Assembly: GCF_006345805.1 (NCBI RefSeq)
Contig: NC_043025.1
Coordinates: 8,370,001 to 8,434,000, forward strand
Length of the DNA stretch: 64,000 nucleotides
Origin: Octopus sinensis
Lineage: Eukaryota
Direction of reading: 5' to 3'
Shown: positions 25,633 through 39,312 of the stretch, one piece after another
Numbering within the stretch: the first letter of the stretch is position 1
Layout: every line of letters begins with the position of its first letter
The notes under the pieces: model-generated
What the model saw: the letters and a program-made list of their open reading frames with translations, nothing else
What the model was told of the DNA's origin: nothing
The model's database searches: none
Position numbers and translations under genes: made by a program

Positions 25633-25982
25633 GGCCATTAGTATTTAAACCAGCCATATCTGGCCCCTAATATTCTACCTGTTTTATATTCAAACTGACC
25701 AGATTTGTCCAGCAGTGTCATTCTGAAAAGAAACAATCTCATCATGAAAATCCTAAAGCATTGAGATACTATTTTACTTGTTTCAGTCATTTGACTGCGG
25801 CCATGCTGGAGCACCGCCTTTAATCGAGCAACTCGACCCCGGGACTTATTCTTTTGTAAGCCCAGTACTTATTCTATTGGTCACTTTTGCCGAACCGCTA
25901 GGTAACGGGGACGTAAACACAACAGCATCGGTTGTCAAGCGATATTAGGGGGACAAACACAGGCACACAACACACACACACA

Positions 25983-26033
<51 letters not shown>

Positions 26034-27586
26034 ATATACGACAGGCTTCTTTCAGCTTCCGTCTACCAAATCCACTCACAAGGCTTTGGTCGGCCCGAGG
26101 CTATAGTAGAAGACACTTGCCCAAGGTGCCACGCAGTGGGACTGAACCCAGAACCATGTGGTTGGTTAGCAAGCTACTTACCACACAGCCACCCCTGCGC
26201 CTATGCAGGATTAATTCAAAGCAATGTAAATAAATGAATGATGCAATTGACAAATGGTGAATGTGCATGGCTCAGCGGTTAGTGAGTTCAGTTCCTGGAC
26301 CGGGCTGTGTGTTGTGTTCTTGAGCAAGACACTTTATTTCATGTTACTCCAGTTTACTCAGCTGTAGAAATGAGTTACAAACATCATCCTTTACCTTTCC
26401 CTTGGATAACATCAGTGACATGGAGAGGGGAGGCTGGTATGCATGGGTGACTGCTGGTCTTCATTGTCCAGTTTTGTGCCTTGGCGAGAAAGACATTGTC
26501 TAGTTTTTCAATTCCCATGGTCTTAGTACTGCAATGGAACTAAACTATCCTAACCACACTCAATTTCTTAGACCTGAACCCATAAATCTTACTACATATG
26601 CAAAGAGTCCTCTGCATTAACACTGGGTCTTGCCAATCAGCCTCAGTTTTTAAGGACCTTGTCCAAAGAGTGAACAACAGGTGGTAATGAAATGTTTGAT
26701 AGGGTAACCCCCCTAACGGTAAAGCCTTAGTTGCAGATGCGTACAAGGAGACCAAGTACACCCTCATGAACACAATGATGCTGCAATGTGATTTGGTTCA
26801 CAGCCACTTTCTCTCTTAATCATAAGTCCAGGCATAAGTAAGGCATTTCTTAAGTTGGTAAACATTTCCCTCCCACACATAGATATAGGAAACTATTTTA
26901 ATACCTGAAGTTGCATATCCTAATAATCAGGCTTGTTCTTGTTGACATACCATCACTTGCCTACTCAATGATCATTGTGATTTAAAGAACATTCTGGATG
27001 AGGCTAATTGTCAGGTCCAGAGAGGCTGAATGATGCACCCAGCATGAAGCACGTTTTTTTTCAATTGATGTGACCCAGCAAATTTAATAAAATAAAATAA
27101 AGTGAGTTCACAGTTGTAACCTACACCAGTGTCGCATAACCAGCCCACTCAAAAGTACATTGGATTATAGGGTGACATGTTGTGCTTGAGGAGACCTTTT
27201 GAATCAAGTACATCAAAACCAAAATCAAATGGAAATTGTAGTTGTGATCCCTGTGCTGGTGGTACATAAAAAGCACAATCTGAATGTGGCCGATGCCAGT
27301 ACTGCCTTGACTGGATTCCATGCCGGTGGCACGTAAAAAGCACCAACTGATCATGGTTGTTGCCAGCACCCTCTGGCCCCTGTGCCGCTGGCACGTAAAA
27401 AGCACCCACTACACTCTCGAAGTGGTTGGTGTTAGGAAGCGCATCCAGCCGTAGAAACACTGCCAGATCAGACTGGGCCTGATGCAGCCTTCTGGCTTCC
27501 CAGACCCCAGTCGAACCGTCCAACCCATGCCAGCATGGAAAACAGACGTTAAACTATGATGATGATGTGATCCCCCTTCATGAAAC

Positions 27587-27815
27587 CATACCACATCTTT
27601 TAGTAACCCCCAAAAGTGGAACATTGCTACACTGGCCAAGCACATTTGGCAGTTAAAGACAAGGGCTGCAGATTATGACTTATGCAATTTCAGAAATTTA
27701 AGCCTCACTTCAGTGGCAACAGCAGATGTGAATTGTGTTTAGCAGAAAAGAGATTGATACTCAAGAGCTGCTTCACAACTGGAATGTGCCTAAATGCCAA
27801 TCCATAAGTTTCATC
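27587..27815 (+). pseudogene. Penelope-like GIY-YIG endonuclease C-terminal fragment
   Basis: Translates HTTSFSNPQKWNIATLAKHIWQLK, then after a frameshift PHFSGNSRCELCLAEKRLILK; matches H..SF....T.LSKHIW.LK and C.LCL.EK..I. Confidence 0.72.
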
Positions 27816-30074
27816 ACTGTTTTATTACATGATTACTAATAAAGTTGCCCTGTGGCCTTATGGTGCCAGTGACTGGGTTCCCGGACTGCCTAAAACTTTG
27901 ATACTTCATAATAAACTGTACCATTTACCCTTTGGCATTTAAACCAGCCATCATCATCATTTAGCGTCTGCTTTCCATGCTAGCATGGGTTGGACGGTTC
28001 AACTGGGGTCTGGGAAGCCAGAAGGCTGCACCAGGCCCAGTCTGATCTGACAGGGTTTCTACGGCTGGATGCCCTTCCTAACGCCAACCACTCTGTGAGT
28101 GTAGTGGGTGCTTTTTACATGCCAGACGGGGCTGGCAAACGGCCATGGTCGGATGGTGCTTTTTACGTGCCACCGGCACGGGGGCCAGGCGAGGCTGGCA
28201 ACGGCCATGATCGGATGGTGCTTTTTTACGTGCCACCGGCACGGAGACCCATTGGGGTGGCGCTGGCAACAGCCATGTTCGGATGGTTCTCTTACGTGCC
28301 ACCGGCACTGGTATCACAGCTACAATTTCCATTGATGTTGATCGATTTTGATTTTGATTTCCACTTGCCTCAACAGGTCTTCACAAGTAGAGTTTTGTGT
28401 CCCAAGAAGGAAAGGTATGCGTAAGTGGACTGGCTACATCCCAGGTAGAGGCCATGGGTTATGGTCTCACTTGTCCTGCCGGGTCTTCTCATGCACAGCA
28501 TACTTCCGTAGGTCTCGGTCTCTGGTCATTTCCAGCCATATCTGGTCAAATTATTGTACATGTTTTTTGTTCAAATTTATAGGCGCAGGAGTGGCTGTGT
28601 GGTAAGTAGCTTGCTTACCAACCAACATGGTTTCGGGTTCAGTCCCACTGCATGGCATCTTGGGCAAGTGTCTTCTGCTATAGCCCTGGGCCGACCAATG
28701 CCTTGTGAGTGGATTTGGTAGACGGAAACTGAAAGAAGCCTATCGTATTTATGTATATATATATATGTGTGTGTTTGTGTGCCTGTGTTTGTCTCCCTAG
28801 CATTGCTTGACAACCGATACTGGTGTGTTTACGTCCCCGTCACTTAGCGGTTCAGCAAAAGAGACCGATAGAATAAGTACTGGGCTTACAAAGAATAAGT
28901 CCCGGGGTCGATTTGCTCGGCTAAAGGCGGTGCTCCAGCATGGCCGCAGTCAAATGACTGAAACAAGTAAAAGAGATCTGAGAGCTTCAATCTAGCCTAT
29001 CATGTCGTTCTAGAAATAATCACGTCATCAAAATCTCAAAGCAACAAGATAACTCTTGATTAATTCGGACAATATGAATTAATCAGTGTTACATGTGACA
29101 AAATAATCTCATTGCTAAAAGGTTAAATGAAAGTTGAACATAGATAGGTGTTGTGTGTTTTTTCAAATCATTAAAACAACTCTTCACAGTGGAATTGATA
29201 TTCAACATATACAGTCTTAGATCAGATCACTCACCAGATATGTGGTCGTGTGTAAAATCACGCTCATCGTATTTATTTATACATGGTGTGTCTTTCTGTC
29301 TATTTATATGTTTGTGAAAGTATGTATGTATGTATATCTGCATATACATTTATCCAAATGTATAGATGTATGTGTATATATATGGAATATATGTATGATG
29401 TATATATATATATATATATACATATATATAAAGCACTATCCGACTTGTGGCCGATGCCAGCTCCGCCTCGTCTGGCTTCCATGCCGGTGGCACATAAAAT
29501 ACACCAATCCGACCGTGGCCGTTGCCAGCCTCGCCTGGCACCTGTGCAGGTGGCACGTAAAAAGCACCCACTACATCACGGAGTGGTGGCGTTAGGAAGG
29601 GCATCCAGCTGTAGAAACACTGCCAGATAAGACTGGGCCTGGTGCAGCCTTCTGGCTTCCAGATCCCCGGTCGAACCGTCCAACCATGCTAGCATGGAGA
29701 AGACGTTTAAACGATGATGATGATGATGATGATATATATATAAGTACAAAGTGAGATAGGGGTTATGAGTGTAACCCACTATGGGATATCAGTTATCCAA
29801 TATACTGCTGGTGAAGTACCCAAATGCCAAATACATAAATGCTTATAATTGCAATGCAGTTAATTCATTTATTGTATTAGATGGGCGAAGGTAAAATGTT
29901 TTACCTCAAATTCATTTTTATGGTATTATCTTACTTATTGATGTATATTGTTTTATTTTGTTGGATTTGGATGTTCCTATTTAAGTAGTTAATAAATTAT
30001 ATGAATTGGTAAAATTGGTAATATCTGTAAATCGATGATTGAAAGGAATCTGTTCCTTTATTTTCTTATTTCTG

Positions 30075-30121
<47 letters not shown>

Positions 30122-30814
30122 CTATGTGTGTGTGTGTGTGTCTATATGTGTGTGTGTGTGTGTCTATATATATGTGTGTGTGTGTGTCTATATATATGTG
30201 TGTGTGTGTGTGTGTCTATATATATATATGTGTGTGTGTGTGTGTCTATATATATGTGTGTGTGTGTGTGTCTATATATATGTGTGTGTGTGGTGTGTGT
30301 CTATATATATGTGGTGTGTTGTGTGTCTATATATATGTGTGTGTGTGGTCTATATATATGTGTGTGTGTGTGTCTATATATATGTGTGTGTGTGTGTGTC
30401 TATATATATATGTATATGTGTGTGTGTGTGTGTCTTTATGTATATATATGTGTGGTGTGTGTCTTTATATATGTATATATATGTGTGTGTGTGTGTGTCT
30501 TTATATATGTATATATGTGTGTGTGTGTGTGTCTTTATATATGTATATAGTGTGTGTGTGTGTGTCTTTATATATGTATATATGTGTGTGTGTGTGTGTG
30601 TGTCTTTATATATGTATATATATATATGTGTGTGTGTGTCTTTATATATGTATGTGTGTGTCTTTATATATGTATATATATGTATGTGTGTGTGTGTCTT
30701 TATATATGTATATATGTATGTGTGTGTGTCTTTATATATGTATGTGTGTGTATGTATATGTATATATAAATATATGTGTATATGTATATATGTATGTATA
30801 TATGTATATATATA

Positions 30815-30856
<42 letters not shown>

Positions 30857-31511
30857 TACACATACATACATCATACGTATATTCCATGAATATATATATG
30901 TGTGTGTGTGTACAAACACACACACACAAGCAAACATATCTGCATGTATTTAAGTCAGTTTGTAGACATGGTCTCACTGACTGACACGGAGGTGTAATTC
31001 ACACACACACACACACACACAGTATAGACAAATGGGTTATCTGGTATTTCAACACACACACACACACACACGTGCTCACACTCATACACACACACACCCC
31101 GTAATCTCAATCTTTAAACGTACCCCAGGGTATAGATGACTTTTCTCTCAACTCTGTTCATTTACCATTCCGATGGGTTGTGAGGAGAAAAACAGCATTT
31201 CTTGCATTCTTTTAGAGACTGTTATATAGGTAGGGTTATGGTGTGGGGGTGGGCGTGGCTGGGAGGGTGGCTGGACTGGGTACTAATGTTTGTAGTGCTA
31301 GTGTGTGTGTATATGTATGTGTGTATATGTATGTGTGTGTGTGTATATATATATATGTGCAAATTTTTATGTGTGTATGTAGGTGTGTGTGTATATGTAT
31401 ATATATGTGTGTGTGTGTGTGTGTATATATGTACAAATTTTTACATATGTGTGTATATGTATATATATATGTGCAAATTTTTATGTGTGTATGTAGGTGT
31501 GTGTGTATATG

Positions 31512-31542
<31 letters not shown>

Positions 31543-31646
31543 ATATATGCACACATTTTTATATATGTGTGTATATGTATATATATATGTGCAAATCTTT
31601 ATGTGTGTATATGTATATATGTGGATGTATGCTTGTGTGTAGGTGT

Positions 31647-31689
<43 letters not shown>

Positions 31690-32345
31690 AGTATATATAT
31701 GTAGGTGTGTGTGGGGGCAGCCATAATAATATGTGTGTGTATATGTATGTATATATGTAGGTGTATGTATATATGTGGATGTATGCATGTGTGTTTGTAT
31801 GTATGTAGGGGTATGTATATATATATATATATATGTGTGTATATATGTACAAATTTTTACATATGTGTGTATATGTATATATATATGTGCAAACTTTTGT
31901 GTGTGTATGTATGTATGTATATATGTAAGTGTATGCATATATGTAGGTGTATGTATGTATATAGGTGGATGTATGCATGTGTGTTTGTATGTGTATATAT
32001 ATATATATATGTGTGTGTGTATGTATGTAGGTGTGTGTGTATATATGTATGTATATGTGTGTGTGTATATATGTAAGTGTATGTATATATGTGGATGTAT
32101 GCATGTGTGTTTGCATGTATGTATATATGTGTGTATGTATGTAGGTGTGTGTATATGTATGTAGGTGTGTGTATATGTATGTAGGTGTGTATATGTGAGT
32201 ATATATGTCGGTGTATATACATGGTGTGTCTGTTCATGTATATATGTAGGTGTGTGTGTGTCTGCATGTATACATGTTGGTGTGTATCTGTGTGTGTATA
32301 TGTAGGTGTGTGTATGTATGTATGTATGTATATATACACACACAG
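30075..32345. repeat. Compound TG/TA microsatellite tracts (30075-30950 and 31300-32345) with TCTATA, TCTTTA, GTAGGT and GCAAATTTT anchors
   Basis: Directly visible. Confidence 0.93.
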
Positions 32346-32414
32346 TTATCCAATCCTATAATTGGGTTTCAGTCATCTGACTGCAGCCATTTTGTTGGAA
32401 CACCTCTGTCAAAT

Positions 32415-32665
32415 GGTATTGGTGGTGGTAGTGGTGGTGGTTGTTATAAGAATAATGGTGGTTATAATAATGGTAGCAACAGTGGTAGTGATTGTGGTGG
32501 ACATGGTAGTGGTGGTAGGAGTAGTGGTGGTGGTCGTGGTGGTGGTGGTGGTCATAAGAATGGTAGCAGCAGTGGTAGTGATTGTGGTGGACAAGGTGGA
32601 AGTGGTAGTAGTGTTAGGAGTAGTGGTGGTAGTGGTGGTAGTGGTGGTGGTGGTGGTGGTGGACC
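32415..32665. repeat. GGT/AGT trinucleotide low-complexity tract
   Basis: Directly visible. Confidence 0.9.
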
Positions 32666-34458
32666 TTCTTGTCCTTCTTGTGACCAATATACACCCTGTG
32701 CCCTTCCCCTTCAAATATTTAACCTTCTGCTCATCTGAAAAACAATTTCCAACATTCATTTAATAAACTATTCACACTCTCTTTACTCTTTTACTTGTTT
32801 CAGTCATTTGACTGTGGCCATGCTGGAGCATCGCCTTTAGTCGAGCAAATCGACCCCGGGACTTATTCTTTGTAAGCCCAGTACTTATTCTATCGGTCAC
32901 TTTTGCCGAACCGCTAAGTTACAGGGACGTAAACACACCAGCATCGGTTGTCAAGCAATGCTATAGGGGGACAAACACAGACACACAAACATGTACACAC
33001 ACATACACATATATATACATATATACGACAGGCTTCTTTCAGTTTCCGTCTACCAAATCCACTCACAAGGCATTGGTTGGCCCAGGGCTATAGCAGAAGA
33101 TCTTGCCCAAGATTGCCACGCAGTGGGATTGAACCTGGAACCATGTGGTTGGTAAAAAAGTTACTTACCACACAGCCACTCCTACATATATATATATTAT
33201 ATATATATATATATATATACATATATCCGACAGGCTTCTTTTCAGTTTTCGTCTACCAAATCCACTCACAAGGCATTGGTCGGCCCGAGGCTATAGTAGA
33301 AGACACTTACCCAAGGTGCCACGCAGTGGGACTGAACCCGGAACCATGTGGTTGGTAAGCAAGCTACTTACCACACAGCCACTCCTGCGCCATATTTATA
33401 TTCTTTGATTCTTTTACTTGTTTCACTCATTGGACTGTGGCCATGCTGGGGCACTGCCTTGAAGGGTTTCAGACTAGTGAATCAACCCCAGAGATTTTAT
33501 TTTTTTAATTTCTGGTAATTATACTGTCAGCCTATCTGTCTCTTTTGCCAAACTACTAAATTATGAGGAAGTAAACAAACAAACATCGGTTGTCAAGCAG
33601 TGAGGCAGAGACAAGGACATAGTGGCTTCCCTCCCCTATCCACAACACTAACCATGCCCTCCGTCTCTTCAACTCTTTCTCCTTCCCTCCTGGCCCCTCT
33701 AAATGTGTATCGGCCTTTGCCTTTCCCTTGGATAACATCGGTGGCGTGAAGAGAGGAGGCTTAAGTTGACAACATACCATCACTTTATCGTGCTGCTACT
33801 GCATAAATCTCTCTGAGAGATTTAGAAATGTATTATTTCTATTGTGAGTGTTCATCATCATCATCGTTTAACGTCCGTTCTCCATGCTAGCATGGGTTGG
33901 ATGGTTCGACCGGGGTTCTGGGAAGCCAGGAGGCTGCACCAGGCTCCAGTCTAATCTGGCAATGTTTCTACAGCTGGATGCCCTTCCTAACGCCAACCAC
34001 TCCGTGAGTGTAGTGGGTGCTTTTTACGTGCCACCTGCACAGGTGCCAGGCGAGGCTGGCAACGGCCACGGTCAGATTGGTGTATTTTATGTGCCACCGG
34101 CACGGAAGCCAGTCGAGGCGGTGCTGGCATCAGCCGATGTTGAAATTCCATTGAAGGCACTTTGGATCCAGGTTAGAAACCGGTTCCTTCTCTATTGGCA
34201 AGAAATCTTGAAATAAAACTGAATAATAACATACATGCATATATTAGTACAGTAATACAGCTTGATAAGTGCCATGTATGAGAAAGTTCTGATGATAGGC
34301 GCAGGAGTGACTGTGTGGTAAGTAGCTTGTTTACCAACCACATAGTTCCGGGTGGAACTATATGTAGGTGTGACACTGTCTCACCTTAACTGACTAGTGA
34401 AGGCGCGTAGTTTTAGCCCGCGCTTTTTCTAAACGACCGTCACCTGACAAGCATTAGA

Positions 34459-34941
34459 TTAATTAAAATATGTTTTTGACATATTTCAGCTTCTAAAGAC
34501 AAATTCACTGCAGTTACTCTGGATAAAAAATTTTCTCTTATGGTAAAAATATGTAAAAAAAAAAAACCCATATCAGCCCTGTACTGCTCCCTGTCAGTTT
34601 CCCAGATGCATTTCTAGCTCTTTAGTCATTATCAAAGGGAAATACCAAAGAGAGGTAACTCTGGACAGACTTCAAAGCGATAGCTGTAACTAAAATACAG
34701 ACCTGGACTGAGTTGCACTCTTACACCTCCAGACCGGCTTTAAAACCTGCTCAGAGTTACTTTTCTTTGTTCTTTCCATTTGATAAAGGCTAAAGAGCTA
34801 GAAGTATGTCTGGGAATCTCACTGGGCAGATATGGTGTTTTTTACACCTTTTTACCATAAGTGAGAATATTTTTTTTCCATGGTAACTGCAGTGAATTTG
34901 CCTTTAGCAGTTGAAATATGTCACAAACATAGTTTAACTAA
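34459..34941. mobile_element. MITE-like element with ~100-bp imperfect TIRs
   Basis: 34459-34562 is approximately the reverse complement of 34837-34941. Confidence 0.7.
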
Positions 34942-35678
34942 CTTAAATTTATGCCTAAACACTGCTTGGTAATGATACTGCTGTGTGTATGTATACACAC
35001 AGCCTTATCTTAATTAATTTTATTTTGTGTTGGTTATTTTGTTCCACAGAATCAAGCACTTAAACACAAAAATGAAGATATTGGGGTGTGGAGTTGTCAG
35101 AGATTTGACTGCTATTTCTAGCAGGTGAAAAGAGCACATACAGTTCCTCTTGTTGATTTAAAGGAAATGAAAAAAAATAATAATGACCATGTTATAGGCG
35201 CAGGAGTGGCTGTATGGTAAGTAGCTTGCTAACCAACCACATGGTTCCGGGTTCAGTCCCACTGCGTGGCATCTTGGGCAAGTGTCTTCTGCTTAGCCCC
35301 GGGCCGACCAATGCCTTGGTGGTGGATTTGGTAGACGGAAACTGAAGAAGCCTGTGTATATATGTATATATAATATATAAGTGTGTGTGTATATGTTGTG
35401 TTGTCTGTATTTGTCCCTCTAGCATTGCTTGACAACCGATGCTGGTGTGTTTATGTCCCCTTCACTTAGCGGTTCGGCAAAAGAGACTGATAGACTAAGT
35501 ACTGGGCTTACAAAAGAATAAGTCCCGGGGTCGATTTGCTCGACTAAAGGCGGTGCTCCAGCATGGCCGCAGTCAAAATGACTGAAACAAGTAAAAGAGT
35601 GGTCTGCTGCCATATTCTGAAAATCATGACCTTCACTGTCTGTCTTTTTTTCTATTTTGTTCTTCTTCTTCTCTAGAT

Positions 35679-35913
35679 ATGGACATGGAGGCATACTACT
35701 CCGACATGGAGAATCTCGACGAAGATGAGCTAATGAACTACTTTGAGCAGGAGGAGATGTATAACTATGATGACACTGTTTACCAACAACCACCCTTATG
35801 GCAACTGCTGGACACCTGTGTTCTACCTGTCATCCAACAAACGATCACCACCGTTCTGCCCCTGGCTGTCGCTTGCATTGTATCAAAATTGGTTGCTAGT
35901 CTCACTGTAGAAG
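35679..35913 (+). CDS. PORCN: PORCN first large coding exon (MDMEAYYSD...VASLTVE)
   Basis: Polypyrimidine tract and AG acceptor at 35675-35676, exon starts 35677, ATG at 35679, donor GTATGT at 35914 (phase 1). The acceptor shows that at least one upstream exon exists. Confidence 0.9.
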
Positions 35914-38183
35914 GTATGTTGACAAACAACAGCAGTAATCAAAGAATATATATATATAGGTGCAGGAGTGGCTGTGTGGTAAGTAGCTTGCTAACCAACC
36001 ACATGGTTCCGGGCTCAGTCCCAGTGTGTGGCACCTTGGGCAAGTGTCTTCTACTATAGCCTCGGGCCGACCAAAGCCTTGTGAGTGGATTTGGTAAACG
36101 GAAACTGAAAGAAGCCTGTCGTATACTCTTTTACTCTCTCGTTTACTCTTTTACTTGTTTCAGTCATTTGACTGCGGCCATGCTGGAGCACCACCTTTAG
36201 TCGAGCAAATCGACCCCAGTACTTATTCTATCGGTCTCTTTTACCGAACCGCTAAGTGACGTGGACGTAAACACACCAGCATCGGTTGTCAAGTGATGCT
36301 AGGGGGACAAAAACAGACATACAAACACACACACACACACACATGCACACATATATATATACATATATACGACAGGCTTCTTTCAGTTTCCGTCTACCAA
36401 ATCCACTCACAAGGCATTGGTTGGCCTGGGGCTATAGCAGAAGGCACTTGCCCAAGGTGTCCACGTAGTGGGACTGAACCCGCAACTATGTGGCTGGTTA
36501 GCAAGCTACTTACCACACAGACATCAATTTTAACATGAAATAACTTCGTAAATATAAGTTTTTCTCAAAAATGCTAAGAGTAAAAGATGTTCCATATGAC
36601 ACATTCTACCAGTGTCCAAAGTTTGAAAGTGTTTAGTTACAAAAAATTATTTTTAAAATCTGTCGGTCAAAAGGTAAAGATCCCAGCTATGTTGGTTGAC
36701 TGTGTTAGTTCAACCTGTGTTGGTTTAACAGTCGGTCATTGAACAGTGAATAGTATCATATCTATTTTCGAGAAACACAGAGTGTGTTCTGTATTAACAT
36801 ACATTTCTGCGATAGGTTATTCTTATATAACCACAACCATCTATTTTCCCTTCTCAAGCCATGCCTGGCTCATAAGGGCCAGTTTCCCGGTTTCTTGGCG
36901 TATAGGTTCCTCACCTGGATGGGATGCCAGTCCGTCGCAGGTGAGCTGCGAGAAAGTTTTGGGGGAAAGAGTCAGCAGAAGTTCGCCATTACCTTCTGCT
37001 GGAGCCGCGTGGAGCTTAGGTGTTTCGCTCATAAACACACACATCACCCGGTCTGAGATTTGAACCTGCGATCCCTCGACCGCGAGTCCGCTGCTCTAAC
37101 CACTAGGCCATGTGCCTCCACAAATGTAGAAGGTAATAAAGATTTATTATAATTCTGTCTGCTATAGGTACAAGGCCTGAAATTTGGGCAAGGAGAGATC
37201 TAGTCAATTATATTGACCCCAGTGCACAACTGGGACCCAAAAGGATGAAATGCAAAGCCAGCCTTGGTGGAATTTGAACTCAGAACATAAAGATGGACAA
37301 AATATCGCTAGACAGTTTTTTTGGCATGCTAACAATTCTGTCAGCTCCCTGCCTTAATAAATAATAATAATAATATTCACCGTGTCGGTGGCACGTAACA
37401 AACATCATCCTATCGTGGCCGTTGCCAGCCTTGCATGGCCCCCATGCTGGTGGCACGTAAAAAGCACCATCCGATCATGGCCGTTGCCAGCCTCGCATGG
37501 ACCCCGTGCTGGTGGCACGTAAAAAGCACCATCCGATCGTGGCCGTTGCCAGCCCCATCTGGCACCTGTGCCGGTGGCACGTAAAAAGCACCATCCAACC
37601 ATGGCCGTTTACCAGCCCCCTCTGGCACCTGTGCCGGTGGCACTTAAAAAGCACCCAGTACACTCACGAAGTGGTTGGCGTTAGGTAGGGCATCCTGCCG
37701 TAGAAACATTGCCAGATCAGACTGGGCCTGGTGCAGCCTCCTGGCTTCCCAGACCCCAGTTGAACCGTCCAACCCATGCTAGCATGGAAAGCGGATGCTA
37801 AATGACGATGATGATTCTAAAAGGATTGATGTAACTCTTCACAAAGGTAAACAGACAAGACAAAGAGCGCAATGCGATTGCAATAGAATTTTTATTGGTT
37901 GAACGATATTTTGACAGCAAGCCTATCTTTGTCAAGTTTACTCTTTTACTTGTTTCAGTCATTTGACTGTGGCCATGCTGGAGCACCACCTTTAGTTGAG
38001 CAAATCGACCCCAGGACTTAATCTTTATAAGCCTAGTACTTATTCCATCGGTGTCTTTTGCCGAACCACTAAGTTATGGGGAGGTAAACACACCAGCATC
38101 GGTTATCAACCGATGTTGGGGGGACAAACACAGACACACAAGCATATACACACATACATACACACATACATACACACATACAC

Positions 38184-38241
<58 letters not shown>

Positions 38242-39265
38242 CAGTACCGCATCGACTGTCCTCCGTGCTGTGGGCATGTAACAAACACCATCCGATCGTG
38301 GCCGTTCGCCAGCCTCGTCTGGCACCTGTGTCGGTGGCACATAAAAAACACCATCTGAGCGTGGCCGTCTGCCAGCCTCGTCTGGCACCTGTGTCGGTGG
38401 CACATAAAAAACACCATCTGAGCGTGGCCGTCTGCCAGCCTCGTCGGCACCTGTGTCGGTGGCACATAAAAAACACCATCTGAGCGTGGCCGTCTGCCAG
38501 CCTCGTCTGGCACCTGTGTCGGTGGCACATAAAAAACACCATCTGAGCGTGGCCGTCTGCCAGCCTCGTCTGGCACCTGTGTCGGTGGCACATAAAAAAC
38601 ACCATCTGAGCGTGGCCGTTCAACAGCCTCGTCTGGCACCTGTGTCGGTGGCACATAAAATCACACACTACACTCTCGGAGTGGTTGGTGTTAGGAAGGG
38701 CATCCAGCTGTAGAAACACTGCCAGATCTGACTGGCCTGGTGCAGCCTTCGGGCTCCCCAGACCCCAGTTGAACCGTCCAACCCATGCTAGCATGGAAAG
38801 CGGACGTTAAATGATGATGATGATGATGGGCTTCTTTCAGTTTTCCTCTACCAAATCCACTCACAAGGCTTTAGTTGGCCCGAGGCTATTGTAGAAGACA
38901 CTTGCCCAAGGTGCCACGCAGTGGGACTGAACCTGGAACCATGTGGTTCATAAGCAAGCTACTTACGACATAGCCACTCCTACGCATATATATATATATA
39001 TATGATGGTCTTCTTTCAGTTTCCGTCTACCAAATCCACTCACAAGGCTTTAGTTGCCCCGAGCTATTGTAGAAGACACTTGCCCAAGGTGCCACGCAGT
39101 GGGACTGAATAATTTATCGAACCCCTGAAAAGACGAAAGGCAAAGTTGACCTTGGCAGAATTTGAACTCAGGACATAGCGATGGGCAAAATATCGCTAAA
39201 TATTTCGTCCAGCGTGCTAACGATTCTGCCAACTCACCGCCTTAAAAAAAAAATTTTTTGTTTTA

Positions 39266-39312
<47 letters not shown>

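Noticed and set aside
26540-27050. Possible Maverick/Polinton polymerase C-terminal remnant on the minus strand (RICN*GFTVRG, KIYGF)
   Set aside because: The similarity rests on a few residues across stops and frameshifts; not supportable without a profile search.
32250-32738. Gly/Ser-rich ORF with a duplicated KNGSSSGSDCGG-like motif, resembling a structural protein
   Set aside because: It is a GGT/AGT low-complexity tract open in several frames, starts in a TG microsatellite and has no supporting splice structure.
34395-34445. CpG-rich patch (GGCGCG...CCCGCGC) as a porcupine promoter
   Set aside because: Only ~50 bp, next to a MITE end, with no core promoter or downstream donor identified; the micro-exon suggests the start lies further upstream.
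35914-36059. C-terminal part of the 126-aa ORF 35679-36059
   Set aside because: It lies beyond the GTATGT donor and reads into a SINE A copy; intronic.
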